Shown piece by piece: positions 32,858 through 42,631 of a stretch of 64,000 nucleotides of DNA (its first letter is position 1; each line of letters opens with the position of its first letter). The stretch lies in assembly GCA_963847795.1 (NCBI GenBank), contig CAWKBH010000006.1:401559-465558 (forward strand), read 5' to 3'. This DNA is from an uncultured Alphaproteobacteria bacterium (GTDB lineage Bacteria; Pseudomonadota; Alphaproteobacteria; Rhodobacterales; Rhodobacteraceae). A program made the position numbers and the translations under genes. The notes beneath the pieces are model-generated. The model did not search any database. It saw only the letters and a list, made by a program, of their open reading frames with translations, and was not told the origin of the DNA.

Positions 32858-34691
32858 AATCTCTCTCGCAAAGCCGGCAGGCCCTTGGCTTCAGCGGCGC
32901 AGCGACGGTTGGCGGCCGAGGTCGAGCGGCGCGGGCGCGGCCAGCGGCTGACCATCGGGGGCAGCCCTCGCCAGCCGGAGCGACGGCGTGGCCGGCCCGA
33001 CGGGCTCGCTGCGCGGCATTTCGACCGCGCCGCGGCTCTTCCTCGGCCCGAAACACCTGGCTGGTCGTGGCGCGGCGCCAGCGTTCGATCGCCGAGCGGA
33101 CCACTTCGCTGCGCTGGATCGGCCGGTCGCCGTCGCCCCGCGCCCCCGACTCGCTCCGCGGGATCTCGTCGCGCGGCAGCGTGCCGAAGGTGATGCGCGC
33201 CACCAGCGGCATGCCCTCGCCGATGCCGATCGCCTCCTGGGCGCCGAGCGACGGCACGAAGCCGAGCAGGTTGGCCGCGGCCTCGGAGACGGCCGAGCGC
33301 AGCAGCGCCTGGTCCGCGTCGTTGGTCATTCGCATCACGAAGAAGGTGCTGCACTGGGAAATGATTGTCGGGTCGAGCTCGGCCGGCCGCTGGCTGACGA
33401 GGCCGAGATGAACGCCGTACTTGCGTCCCTCCCGCGCGATTCGCTTGAGCGCGCGCCGGGCCGGCGCGAAGCCGGCATGCTGGTCGGCCGAGGCGTAGCG
33501 GTGCGCCTCCTCGCAGACCAAGAGGATCGGGATGGCGCCGTCGCTCCAGAGCGCGAAGTCGAAGGCGAGGCGCGCCAGCACGCAGACGACGGTGTCGACC
33601 ACCTCGTCCGGCAGGCTCGCGAGCTTCAGCACCGACAGCGGCTGGTCCTCGGATTCCAGGCTGAAGACCTGGCTCAGCACCATCTGCAGCGTGTCGCCGC
33701 CGAGGTTGGCGTTCTTGAACATGAACTCGTAGCGCGGATCGTTCTTGATCATCTCGATGCGCTGGATCAGCCGGTGGTGGCTCATGCTGGAGGAGCGGTT
33801 CTCGAGCTTGCCCATCCGCTCGTGAATCAGCGCGATCAGGTCCTGCAGGTGGTACGGCGTGGGCGTGTCCGCGGTGAAGCCGCCGTGCCGCGCCGGCTTG
33901 ACCGCCAGGCGCTCGGGGCCGGCCTGGTACTTGGCCTTGGCGATCGGCACCAGCTCGGCGAGGATCTCCACCTCCTCGGGCGAGGCCGGCTTGCCACCGT
34001 AGATGACGTTGGTCATCTCCTCGAAGTTGAAGAGCCAGAACGGCAGCCGCAGGTTCTCCGCCCCGATGACGCTGGCCCGGTTCCCGAAGGCGGCGCGATA
34101 CTCGTTGTGCACGTCGAGCAGCAGGACGCGCAACTCGGGCCGCACCTCGATCATCTTGGCGAGGATCGAGGCGACAGCGCTGGACTTGCCGACGCCGGTG
34201 GACCCGACCACGGCGAAGTGCTTGGCCAGCATGTGATCGGTGTCGACATAAGCCGGGATCGACGGGTCCTGGCTGAGATGGCCGACGGTAATGGCCCGGT
34301 CGCTGCTCGAGGCGTAGATCAGATTCAGTTCGGCGCGGCCGATGATCTCCACCGGATCGCCGATCGCGGCATACTCCCGCACGCCGCGCCGGAAGCGGGC
34401 GCTGCCGTCGGCGGTCCGCTCGATCTCGCCGAGGAGGTCGACGCGGGCCATCGCCCGGGAGCCGCTGGCTTCCTCGGTGCGCTGGTAGACCTCGGAGATC
34501 ATGCCCACCAGCGTGGTGCCATGGCCCGTGATCGCGACGAACTTGCCGACCGTGGGTCGATCCGGACCCCCGGGCAACGGGAACGCCAGCCCGATCCGGG
34601 CCTCGGAGCCTTCGACGGCCAGAACACGCCCGAGGCAGGCGTCGGGCTCCCCTGCCCCTCGTCCTTCCGGCCCGCCTTGCTCGGTCGACAT
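32853..34691 (-). CDS. HerA/DUF87-like P-loop ATPase; true stop may be at 32891 if the tail is frameshifted
   Basis: N-terminal barrel-like region, HFAVVGSTGVGKS, LLDVHNEY, CEEAHRY, REGRKYG, SQRPAELDPTIISQC. Confidence 0.87.
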   Translation of the reverse strand: MSTEQGGPEGRGAGEPDACLGRVLAVEGSEARIGLAFPLPGGPDRPTVGKFVAITGHGTTLVGMISEVYQRTEEASGSRAMARVDLLGEIERTADGSARFRRGVREYAAIGDPVEIIGRAELNLIYASSSDRAITVGHLSQDPSIPAYVDTDHMLAKHFAVVGSTGVGKSSAVASILAKMIEVRPELRVLLLDVHNEYRAAFGNRASVIGAENLRLPFWLFNFEEMTNVIYGGKPASPEEVEILAELVPIAKAKYQAGPERLAVKPARHGGFTADTPTPYHLQDLIALIHERMGKLENRSSSMSHHRLIQRIEMIKNDPRYEFMFKNANLGGDTLQMVLSQVFSLESEDQPLSVLKLASLPDEVVDTVVCVLARLAFDFALWSDGAIPILLVCEEAHRYASADQHAGFAPARRALKRIAREGRKYGVHLGLVSQRPAELDPTIISQCSTFFVMRMTNDADQALLRSAVSEAAANLLGFVPSLGAQEAIGIGEGMPLVARITFGTLPRDEIPRSESGARGDGDRPIQRSEVVRSAIERWRRATTSQVFRAEEEPRRGRNAAQRARRAGHAVAPAGEGCPRWSAAGRARAARPRPPTVAAPLKPRACRLCERDC

Positions 34692-34905
34692 CGCTGCCCT
34701 CCACGATCCGCTTGCAGCGCAATGCGCCTGGAGGCTTTATTGCCACCTAACCCGTTGCCGCAGAGTAAACGCCGATGATGTCTTGACGGCCCGCGGAGCA
34801 GCTGAGGTAGCGGCGCGCCAGTCAGCGGCGCATGATCGTCGAGCGTACGATATCAGGGGGATTGACCCCGTACCCGCCCCGAATGGTTGTATTTGCCTGA
34901 AAATC

Positions 34906-34980
34906 TGGAGCGGGCGAAGGGATTCGAACCCTCGACCCTAACCTTGGCAAGGTTATGCTCTACCCCTGAGCTACACCCGC
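34906..34980 (-). tRNA. tRNA-Gly (GCC)
   Basis: Reverse complement GCGGGTGTAGCTCAGGGGTAGAGCATAACCTTGCCAAGGTTAGGGTCGAGGGTTCGAATCCCTTCGCCCGCTCCA; GCC anticodon, TTCGAA loop, CCA end. Confidence 0.97.
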
Positions 34981-35066
34981 GTCCTGAGCGCGTCTATAGA
35001 CCGACCGGTGCAAGGATGACAAGAGGCAAACCGCGGAGGTCGGGGCCAGACGCAGGGCAATTCAGT

Positions 35067-35790
35067 TCAGGCCCGCATGGCGGCCCTGATTGCGGCTTTG
35101 GGGTTTGCTGCGAAGGCTTCGCGCGCCGGCCTTGGCTTGAGGTTGCGCTTTCGGATCATGGTGAGGGCGGCATCGCGCAGATGAGCGAGCGCCTTGGGCG
35201 CGTTGGCGCTTCGCACGCGGCATGCGTCTTCGTCGAAGGTGACGTCTCGGACATGAAAGAGACGGTTTCCGATCTGCCAGTGGCGCCTGGCCAGGGCCAG
35301 CAATGCCGCGGCGTCGTGGCGTTCGGGCGGCAGCGAGGTGATGGCGTAGATCACCTGGCGCTGGCACAAGGTCTTGAGTTCACGCCGTCGCTCGATGCGC
35401 ACGATCTGTGCGAGGCCCGGCCACGCGGTGTCGAGACGGGCCGGCAGGTCGCTGCGCACGGCGATTATCCGGGTTTCGATCCGGCCGTGAGCCTTCTCCG
35501 CCGTCTCGGCGCGGCGCATGTCCTTGGGGTCATCGCGGCCCGGCCCTTGGCCGGGACGGCCGGCCAGCCTCGAGGGGGGAATCGTCGCGGAAGGCGTGGA
35601 TGAGTTCGGCTTCGAACTCGGGCCGGTTGCCCTTGACGAACAGGAGATAATCGCCACCGCCCTCGCGGATCGCCGCTGCCAGCGGCCGATGCGTGAAGGC
35701 GGCGTCGCCGGTGATGATCGCGCCGTCGAGCGGCAGGTCCTTCAAGAGCCTGAAGGCCTCGACCACCTCGCCACTGTCGGGCGGAACGTG
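35067..35790 (-). mobile_element. 5'-truncated ISAs1-family transposase remnant in two frames
   Basis: ITGDAAFTHR, GGDYLLFVKGN, KAHGRIETR, YAITSL, RRHWQIGNRLFHVRDVTFDED. Confidence 0.85.
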
Positions 35791-35978
35791 CCGTCGGCGG
35801 TCAGAAGGATGAGCCGCGCCCGCCAAACATGCTTCTGCGGTGTGCTACGATCGACCACGATGGTCTCGATCGGCAGCCGAGACCGAACTGGATATTCCGC
35901 TGCGCATGCCGCTGACTCGCACGCGCCGCGTCAAAAGAGAATCCCGATCAGCACTCTTCTCTTGCGGTCAAACCACTA
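35789..35978 (-). mobile_element. IS630-family left-end remnant with degenerate transposase N-terminus
   Basis: - strand starts TAGTGGTTTGACCG and encodes MRSGISSSVSAAD / ETIVVDRSTPQKHVWRARLILLTADG, resembling rhizobial IS630 transposase starts as recalled. Confidence 0.7.
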
Positions 35979-37247
35979 GGTCAAGACCTGAGCCGGCCAG
36001 AGAACGATCTGCGGAAAGGCAGCGATCAGCAACAGGACGGCGATATTTATCGCGTAGAACGGCAGGCTGGCGACGATCAGGCGCTCGACCGGCACGCCCG
36101 ATACCTGCGCCGTAGCAAAGAGGCAGGTCCCAACCGGAGGCGTCGCCAACCCGATCGCCAGAGCTGCGGACATGAACAGAAGGAAATGCAGCGGATCCAC
36201 GCCGGCGGCCACGGCGGCCGGCATCAGGACCGGGATCAGCATCAGCGCCGCGGCGACGATGTCCATCAGCATGCCGACGATCAGGAAGACGATGCCCATG
36301 AGGACGAGCGTCATGAACGGCGTGCCCGCGAGGCCGGACAGGAGGCCCGAGGTCTTCTGGGGCAGCAAATCCACGGTGAAGATGAAGGTCGCCGCGTTGG
36401 CGGCCATCAGGATCAGCAGCACCGAGCCGGCCGTGCGCCCGGCGCTGACGAAGAGGCCGTAGAGCTCGCGCCAGTCGAGCTCGCGATAGATCAGGATGCC
36501 GACGATCATCGTGTAGACCACCGCGAGGCCCGCCGCCTCGGTCGGCGTGACGATGCCCGAGAACATGCCGGTCAGGATGATGATCGGCGCCCCGATCGAG
36601 GGCGTGGCGCGCAGCAGCGTCCGCAGGCTCTGGCGCCGGTCGTACTGAACCAGCACGCCGTAGCCGCGGCGCCGCGACACCAGGTAGTTGTAAAGCGCCA
36701 GGGCGAGGGCGAGCAGGAGTCCGGGGCCGAGCCCGCCGGCCAGCGCCGCACCGACCGACTGTCCCGACGAGGCGGCGGCGACGATGATCAGGATGCTCGG
36801 CGGCACCAGGGTCGCGAGCGTAGCGGTGATCAGCGTCAGGGCGGCGGAGTAGGGCAGCGGATAGCCGCGCGTGGTCATCGCCCGGATGGTGATCGGGCCG
36901 AGGCTGGCGATGTCGGCGACCGACGAGCCGGAAATCCCGCCGAAGACGAAGCTCGAGGCGATGTTGACGTGACCGAGGCCGCCGCGGAAGCGGCCGACCG
37001 CAGCTTCCGCCGCGTCGAAGATCCGCTCGGAAAGGCCGCCCCGGTCCATGATGTGCCCGGCCAGGATGAAGAGCGGCACCGCGATCAGGAGGAAGCTGTT
37101 GATCGAGGTCCCCATGGTCTGGGTGATCATCGAGAGCGGCAGGTCGTAGAGGTAGAGCGTGGCGGCCGCGGCGATGCCGAGCGACAGCGACAGTGGCACG
37201 CCGAGCAGCGCCAGAACGACGAAGGCGATGAGGAGCGTCGCGCTCAT
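35976..37247 (-). CDS. dctM: TRAP transporter large permease
   Basis: LIAVPLFILAG, FGGISGSSVAD, LVPPSI, TPTEA, GLATPPVG. Confidence 0.92.
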   Translation of the reverse strand: MSATLLIAFVVLALLGVPLSLSLGIAAAATLYLYDLPLSMITQTMGTSINSFLLIAVPLFILAGHIMDRGGLSERIFDAAEAAVGRFRGGLGHVNIASSFVFGGISGSSVADIASLGPITIRAMTTRGYPLPYSAALTLITATLATLVPPSILIIVAAASSGQSVGAALAGGLGPGLLLALALALYNYLVSRRRGYGVLVQYDRRQSLRTLLRATPSIGAPIIILTGMFSGIVTPTEAAGLAVVYTMIVGILIYRELDWRELYGLFVSAGRTAGSVLLILMAANAATFIFTVDLLPQKTSGLLSGLAGTPFMTLVLMGIVFLIVGMLMDIVAAALMLIPVLMPAAVAAGVDPLHFLLFMSAALAIGLATPPVGTCLFATAQVSGVPVERLIVASLPFYAINIAVLLLIAAFPQIVLWPAQVLT

Positions 37248-37747
37248 GCCTGATCCTCCAGGTCCGGGACGAAGGAAAACGCGGGGTGATCCTGGACGGC
37301 GTGCATCGCCGCCCCGAAGATGGCGAGCAGCGCGCCCAGGACCAGCGGCAGGGTCGTGACCCACATGCCGACCTGCAGGATCGGTGACATCTCGCCGAAG
37401 GCGATCTGCTGACGGAGGAGCCCGAAGCCATAGACGCCGACGATGCCGAAGAAGACCGCCGCCGCCACCGGGGTCACCAGGGTCAGCGCCCGCTGGCCGC
37501 CCGGCGGCAGCAGCGCGCCGAGGAGCCCGAAGGCGGGGTGGTGACCCTGGCGGAAGCCGGCGGCCATCCCGAGATAGGTCGTCCACAGGAACAGGAAGCG
37601 GGAGAGCTCCTCGGTCCAGGGGACCGACTGCCCGGCAAGGCGTGATCCGACCTGGATGACGATGAAGATCACCATTCCCAGAACCGCGACGAAGATCGCG
37701 AGATCAACGAGCCGCCAGACGGCCCGGTCAATCGTCTCCACCGGCAT
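37244..37747 (-). CDS. dctQ: TRAP transporter small permease
   Basis: WTEELSRFLFLW, four TM helices. Confidence 0.88.
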   Translation of the reverse strand: MPVETIDRAVWRLVDLAIFVAVLGMVIFIVIQVGSRLAGQSVPWTEELSRFLFLWTTYLGMAAGFRQGHHPAFGLLGALLPPGGQRALTLVTPVAAAVFFGIVGVYGFGLLRQQIAFGEMSPILQVGMWVTTLPLVLGALLAIFGAAMHAVQDHPAFSFVPDLEDQA

Positions 37748-37826
37748 TCCCTCCCTGTGCGTTGTGGAACCGAATCCCGCCCGATCGCTCACGCGAGGAT
37801 CGGGCGGCCTCGGCTGCTTGCGGTGC

Positions 37827-38858
37827 TCACGCGCCCACGAACGCGACGCTCTGCTTCATGAAGTCCGCGCCGATCATTTCCTCGAAGCTGCCGTAGATGC
37901 CTCGGGCGATCTCCTGGGTCTTTGCGAGTTCCCCGTCCTCGAAGCGGTTCACCTGCATGCCGAGCCCGGCGAGCTTGTCGATGATCTCCGCCTCCTGGGC
38001 GATCTCCTGCGCGTCGTGCGCCTCGATCATCTTCTGCGCGGCTTCCTGCACGGCGGCCTGCTGCGCCTCGGGGATCTTGGCCCAGGCCGGCGCGGAGAGC
38101 GCCACGACGAACGAGTCGGCAATGTGCTGCGTGATGTTGAGGTGGCCCTGCACTTCGTAGAACTTGTTGTTGAACGGCACCTCGACCGGGTTTTCCTGGC
38201 CGTCGATCGCCTTGAGCTGGAGCGCGCTGTAGACCTCGGAGAACGCCATCGGAGTGGGATTGGCCCCGAGCGCCTGGAACAGCGATACGAAGAGGGGGTT
38301 GTTCGGCGTACGCAGGGTCAGGCCCTTGAAGTCCGTCGCCTTGGTGATCGGGGTCTCGCGGGTGGTCACGTCACGGAAGGTCCGCAGGAAGAAGCCGAGG
38401 CCCTTGATGTTCAGGCGGTCCAGGCCGCCGAGCAGCGTCTGCCCCGGGGCGCCGGCGAGGTAGGCCTTGAGCTGGTCGTAGTCCGAGAACAGGTACGGCA
38501 GGCTGATCGCGTTCATCCGCGGCTCGAACGAGGCGTAGACGCTGCTCGCCAGGATCAGCGCGTCGAGCGCACCGGAGCCGAGCTGGTTGATCGCGGCGTT
38601 CTGATCCTTGCCGTAGAGCACACCGTCCGCGAAGACCTGGAACGTGACCTCGCCGCCCGTCCCCTCGGCAACGAGCGCCGCGAAGTCGGTCGCCGCGCGC
38701 CCCACCGAGGAGCCGATCGGATCGGGCACCGCGATGCGCAGCGTGGTCGCGGCCTGCGCCGGGCGGGCGATGTAGGGCGTGAACAGCGCCAGAGCAGCGC
38801 CGGAGCCCGCGAGCTTCAGAAGACCGCGGCGGCCGATGCCGGTGTTGGTCGGGTTCAT
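37827..38858 (-). CDS. dctP: TRAP transporter substrate-binding protein (Tat signal)
   Basis: GRRGLLK leader, DFKGLTLRTP, GANPTPMAFSEVYSALQ, DGQENP. Confidence 0.92.
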   Translation of the reverse strand: MNPTNTGIGRRGLLKLAGSGAALALFTPYIARPAQAATTLRIAVPDPIGSSVGRAATDFAALVAEGTGGEVTFQVFADGVLYGKDQNAAINQLGSGALDALILASSVYASFEPRMNAISLPYLFSDYDQLKAYLAGAPGQTLLGGLDRLNIKGLGFFLRTFRDVTTRETPITKATDFKGLTLRTPNNPLFVSLFQALGANPTPMAFSEVYSALQLKAIDGQENPVEVPFNNKFYEVQGHLNITQHIADSFVVALSAPAWAKIPEAQQAAVQEAAQKMIEAHDAQEIAQEAEIIDKLAGLGMQVNRFEDGELAKTQEIARGIYGSFEEMIGADFMKQSVAFVGA

Positions 38859-38898
38859 GGATGTTTCCTCCTGGTTGGTTCCGGTTTCGGTTGCGATG

Positions 38899-39828
38899 TC
38901 AGGTTGCTTCGACCGGCTGCCTCGCCAACGGAAAGTTAGCCGGCAGGCGAAGGCCGTTTCTGCGGCGAAGTTCGAGAATGAGGGCGCTGTGGTCGTAGTC
39001 GCCGCCGCCATGGGCAACGAGATCGCCGAACAGCGCGTCGGCAAGGTTCAGCATCGGCAGGTCGAGGCCGAGCGCGGCGGCGAGGCTGCGGGCGGCGGCG
39101 GTATCCTTGATCTGGTATTTCGCCGGACCGCCGGGCCGGAAGTCTCCCTCGATCATCCGGGCGCCGTGCTCCGCCATGATGCGCGATTGAGCGAAGCCTC
39201 CGAGCAGCGCCTCCCTGACCCTGGCAGGGTCGGCGCCGCCGGCCTCGGCGAGCAGCATCGCCTCGGACACCGCGACGATGGTGCTGGCCACGGTCAACTG
39301 GTTGACCAGCTTGGCGAGCTGTCCGGTGCCGGCCGGACCGATGTGCACCGCCTTGCCCATCGCCGCGAAGATCGGGGCGGCGGTCGCGACGTCCTCGGCC
39401 GTGCCGCCAGCCATGATGGCCAGCCGCGCCTCGGTAGCCCCGATCACGCCGCCGGACACCGGAGCGTCGATGTAGCTGAGGCCAAGGGCAGCCGCTCGCT
39501 TCGCCTGGGCCTGCGCCTCCGGCATCGAGATCGAGCTCATCACGATCAGCAGCGCGCCGGACCGCATCGCGGCGAACACGCCGCCGGCATCGAGGATCTC
39601 GTCGCAGACCGGCCCCGAGCTCAGCATCAGGATCACCGCGTCGCGGCCGGCCGCCGCCTCTGCCGGCGTTTGCGTCGCCGCGACGCCAGCCGCGGCCAGA
39701 GAAGCGAGCTTGGCGGCGTCTCGGTTCCAGGCAGTCACGGTCATGCCTGCCCGCGCCAGGTTGGCGGCCATGGGCGCGCCCATCAGGCCCGTGCCGATAA
39801 ATCCGATCTGCTTCGGAACGTCGACCAT
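38899..39828 (-). CDS. beta-Hydroxyacid dehydrogenase (3-hydroxyisobutyrate dehydrogenase / tartronate semialdehyde reductase family)
   Basis: IGFIGTGLMG, DAPVSGG, GQLAKLVNQ, KD motif. Confidence 0.88.
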   Translation of the reverse strand: MVDVPKQIGFIGTGLMGAPMAANLARAGMTVTAWNRDAAKLASLAAAGVAATQTPAEAAAGRDAVILMLSSGPVCDEILDAGGVFAAMRSGALLIVMSSISMPEAQAQAKRAAALGLSYIDAPVSGGVIGATEARLAIMAGGTAEDVATAAPIFAAMGKAVHIGPAGTGQLAKLVNQLTVASTIVAVSEAMLLAEAGGADPARVREALLGGFAQSRIMAEHGARMIEGDFRPGGPAKYQIKDTAAARSLAAALGLDLPMLNLADALFGDLVAHGGGDYDHSALILELRRRNGLRLPANFPLARQPVEAT

Positions 39829-39900
39829 TTGCGGTTTTTCCTGTGATTCCGTGCGACAGGCGTGGCGAGCGGCCCGGCGGCAGCGCCGGGCCGGCGCTTT

Positions 39901-41256
39901 TCAGGCGACCTCGTGCACGGGCGCCATCGACCGGACCTGCTCCTTGCGAAGGTCGACCACGTCGAGATCGTTGACGAGCTCCACGTCCGACATGCGCACG
40001 ACCTGGTCCTTGGCCACCGGCTTCTTCAGCTTCACGTTATGCGCGAGACCGATCGGCAGCGCGTCCACGTCCTGGCTGATCCGCGCCGGGATCGCCTTGG
40101 CCCAGACCGCGAACCCGCCTTCGCCATCGAGCATGTCTCCGGCCTTGAGGTCGGTCTTCGCGGTGGCGACGGCGTCGCCGCGGTACTCCTTGCTCGATCC
40201 GGTCGGCTCGCCGCGCAGCACCGCCGACAGCACGCTGACGCTGGTCTCGAGCCCGATCAGATGGAACGGGCGCCACATCGATCCGTACCAGCCGGACTTG
40301 TCGGTCAGGAGGCCGTACTGCTTGAAGCAGGCACGGGTATATTCGTCCGGAGCCTTGAAGGTGACGAACATGCCGTAGCGGATGTTGTTCAGCACCTCGC
40401 GCCCGTCGGGCTCCTGGCTTGCGGCGATCTCCACCAGGCCGGTGCCCGGCATCCGCCCGCCCTCGGAGGCCGGCTTGAACACGCTGGCCAGATCCTGCAG
40501 CCCGGAGGGATAGAAGGCCAGGCCGTCGTCAGGGCAGTCGAGCCCGGTGCCGTTGGCGACCGCGGCCATCTCGATGGCGGCCTTGGTGCCGTCGGTGAAG
40601 GAGTTGTACATCTTGGGATTGAAGTCGCCGGCGGCGACCTCTTCCTCGGTCCAGCCGAAGAAGCCCCAGACGGTGTCGGGCGTCGAATAGCGGTAGCGCG
40701 GCTCGAAGTTCATGCCCTTGCCGGCCGAGACCAGCTCGAAGCCGACCGAGCGAACCCAGTCGACCAGCTCGCAGATGAACGCCGGCTGGTCGCCGTAGGC
40801 CATCGAGTAGACGAGGTTCTTCGCGCGCGCCTTGGCCGCAAGGATCGGGCCGCACATCACGTCGGCCTCGACGTTCACCATCACGATGTGCTTGCCGGCC
40901 TCGATCGCGCCCAGCGCGTGCCGGGTTCCGGCGATCGGATGGCCGGTCGCCTCGATGATGCAGTCGATGCCGTCGAAGTTCAGGATCGCCGCCGCGTCGT
41001 CGGTCACGAACGTCGCGCCATTGGCGTGGGCATCGGCCAGCGACTTGGCGCCGTACTGCGCCGCATCCCAGCCGACCCGCTTCAGCGACTCCCTGGCCTT
41101 GGCCACGTTGAGATCGGCAACGCCGACGATGTGGTAGCCCTCGATGAACTTGGCCTGGGCCAGCACCATCGAGCCGAACTTTCCGGCGCCGATCAGGCCC
41201 ACCCGGATCGGGCGGCCGCCGGCGTTCCGCTCGGCAAGCATCGAGGAGAGGTTCAT
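39901..41256 (-). CDS. Homoserine-dehydrogenase-like NAD(P) oxidoreductase with C-terminal SAF domain
   Basis: IRVGLIGAGKFG, MVNVEAD, GDQP, NSFTDGTK, RPFHLIGLE, GDMLDGEGG, LPIGLA. Confidence 0.82.
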   Translation of the reverse strand: MNLSSMLAERNAGGRPIRVGLIGAGKFGSMVLAQAKFIEGYHIVGVADLNVAKARESLKRVGWDAAQYGAKSLADAHANGATFVTDDAAAILNFDGIDCIIEATGHPIAGTRHALGAIEAGKHIVMVNVEADVMCGPILAAKARAKNLVYSMAYGDQPAFICELVDWVRSVGFELVSAGKGMNFEPRYRYSTPDTVWGFFGWTEEEVAAGDFNPKMYNSFTDGTKAAIEMAAVANGTGLDCPDDGLAFYPSGLQDLASVFKPASEGGRMPGTGLVEIAASQEPDGREVLNNIRYGMFVTFKAPDEYTRACFKQYGLLTDKSGWYGSMWRPFHLIGLETSVSVLSAVLRGEPTGSSKEYRGDAVATAKTDLKAGDMLDGEGGFAVWAKAIPARISQDVDALPIGLAHNVKLKKPVAKDQVVRMSDVELVNDLDVVDLRKEQVRSMAPVHEVA

Positions 41257-41483
41257 TGGGGCATACCTTTCTCTTCGGCGAACGCGCTCGGCGCCGCCGC
41301 TTCGTTGCGAATACTCTCGAGAAACGACGCGCCAGCCGGCAGGCCACGGCGCGCGAAATTCAGGCCAGGTCGGTCGTGGGTCGCATCGGGCTTCCTCCGA
41401 CTTCGGTGATCTCGTGCCACCGTCTGCGGAAGTAAAATAGCCAAAGCGACCCTCAGATCAATTCACTTATCTCGGCCGATCGA

Positions 41484-42394
41484 TTAGACCAGCTTAGCAA
41501 TCTTCTCCTCCTGGCGGCGCTGCCACTGATCGGCCTCTGCGCGCAGCCAGTCCACGAACAACCGCACCCGCCGTCGCCGCAGATGTTGCGGCGGACAGAC
41601 CAGCCACTGCGTACTGAGCGTGATCCGCGGCGTCCCGGAAACCGGGACCACCAGCTGGCCCGATTCGAGCTCACGTTCCATCATCAACGTGCTTTCGAGC
41701 GCGATCCCGAGCCCGGCCACCGCCGCGTCGATCGCCATGTGCGACCGGTCGAAACGCAGCATGCGCCAGCGCCCGTGCACCGGCTCTCCCGCCTGCTCGA
41801 ACCAGTCGGTCCACTGGACCTGAGCCTTGACGGACTGGATCAGGCGCATGGCCTGCAGCGCGCGCGCATCGAGTGCGCCGGGGCCGCGACGGTAGGGGAG
41901 CAGACCGGCAGGAACCTCTCCTCCGCCAGCGGAACCACGTGAAGCCCGGGCCAACGCCCGATCCCGTGCCGGATCTCGAGGTCGACCAGATCCCGGGTGA
42001 AATCGGTCGGCTCGTTCGATCCGTCCAGGCGCAGATCGATGGTCGGATTGGCCTCGAGAAACCGCGACAGTCGCGGGAGCAGCCACTTGGTCGAGACGGT
42101 GGGAGTCGCCCGAACGGTGAGCAGCATGGTCGTGCGCTCGCCTTGGACCTGCCGCGTCGCCGCGATGATATTCTCGATGTCGCTGGCGATCATCTCGAAG
42201 TAGCGCTCGCCCGCCTCGGTCAGCCGGATGCGCCGGCCCGCCTTGGTGACGAGCTTGGTCCCGAGCTGCTCCTCGAGCACACGAAGTTGCTGACTGACCG
42301 CTCCCGGCGTGACGCCGAGTTCCTCGGCCGCGCGGGCCACGCTCTGCAGGGTGGCGACGTGATAGAACGCGATGATGAAACGGAACGGCGCCAT
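41484..42394 (-). CDS. LysR (GcvA-like) regulator; frameshift near 41875
   Basis: SVARAAEELGVTPGAVSQQLRVLEEQLG, KWLLPRL, FDRSHMAIDAAVAGLGIAL. Confidence 0.87.
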
Positions 42395-42631
42395 CAGCGT
42401 TGCGGGGGCGCGTTCGTCGCCAGGTTCGTGATGTCGGCCGTCGTGGGTGAGTTGCGTGTCTGCGCCATTCCGCCGCGGATCATGGCAAATCGGCGCTGAA
42501 ATGTCTCGCTGTCGGTGCCAGCGGCGAACCGTACGCCCCGGCAGCCGGTCCGTCAGGCCCTCAGATCGGATTGATTGCTTCACAGACACTGGTCTATCCG
42601 TGAAGTCCGTTCCGTTTTCGGGAGAGGCGCC

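Noticed and set aside
32853-34691. Sir2-HerA or NurA-HerA defence/repair system
   Set aside because: No partner gene adjacent
34906-34980. Integrative element attached at tRNA-Gly
   Set aside because: No integrase and no duplicated tRNA 3' end found by eye; the short TGGAGCGGGC at 24961 lies inside eutC and is probably chance
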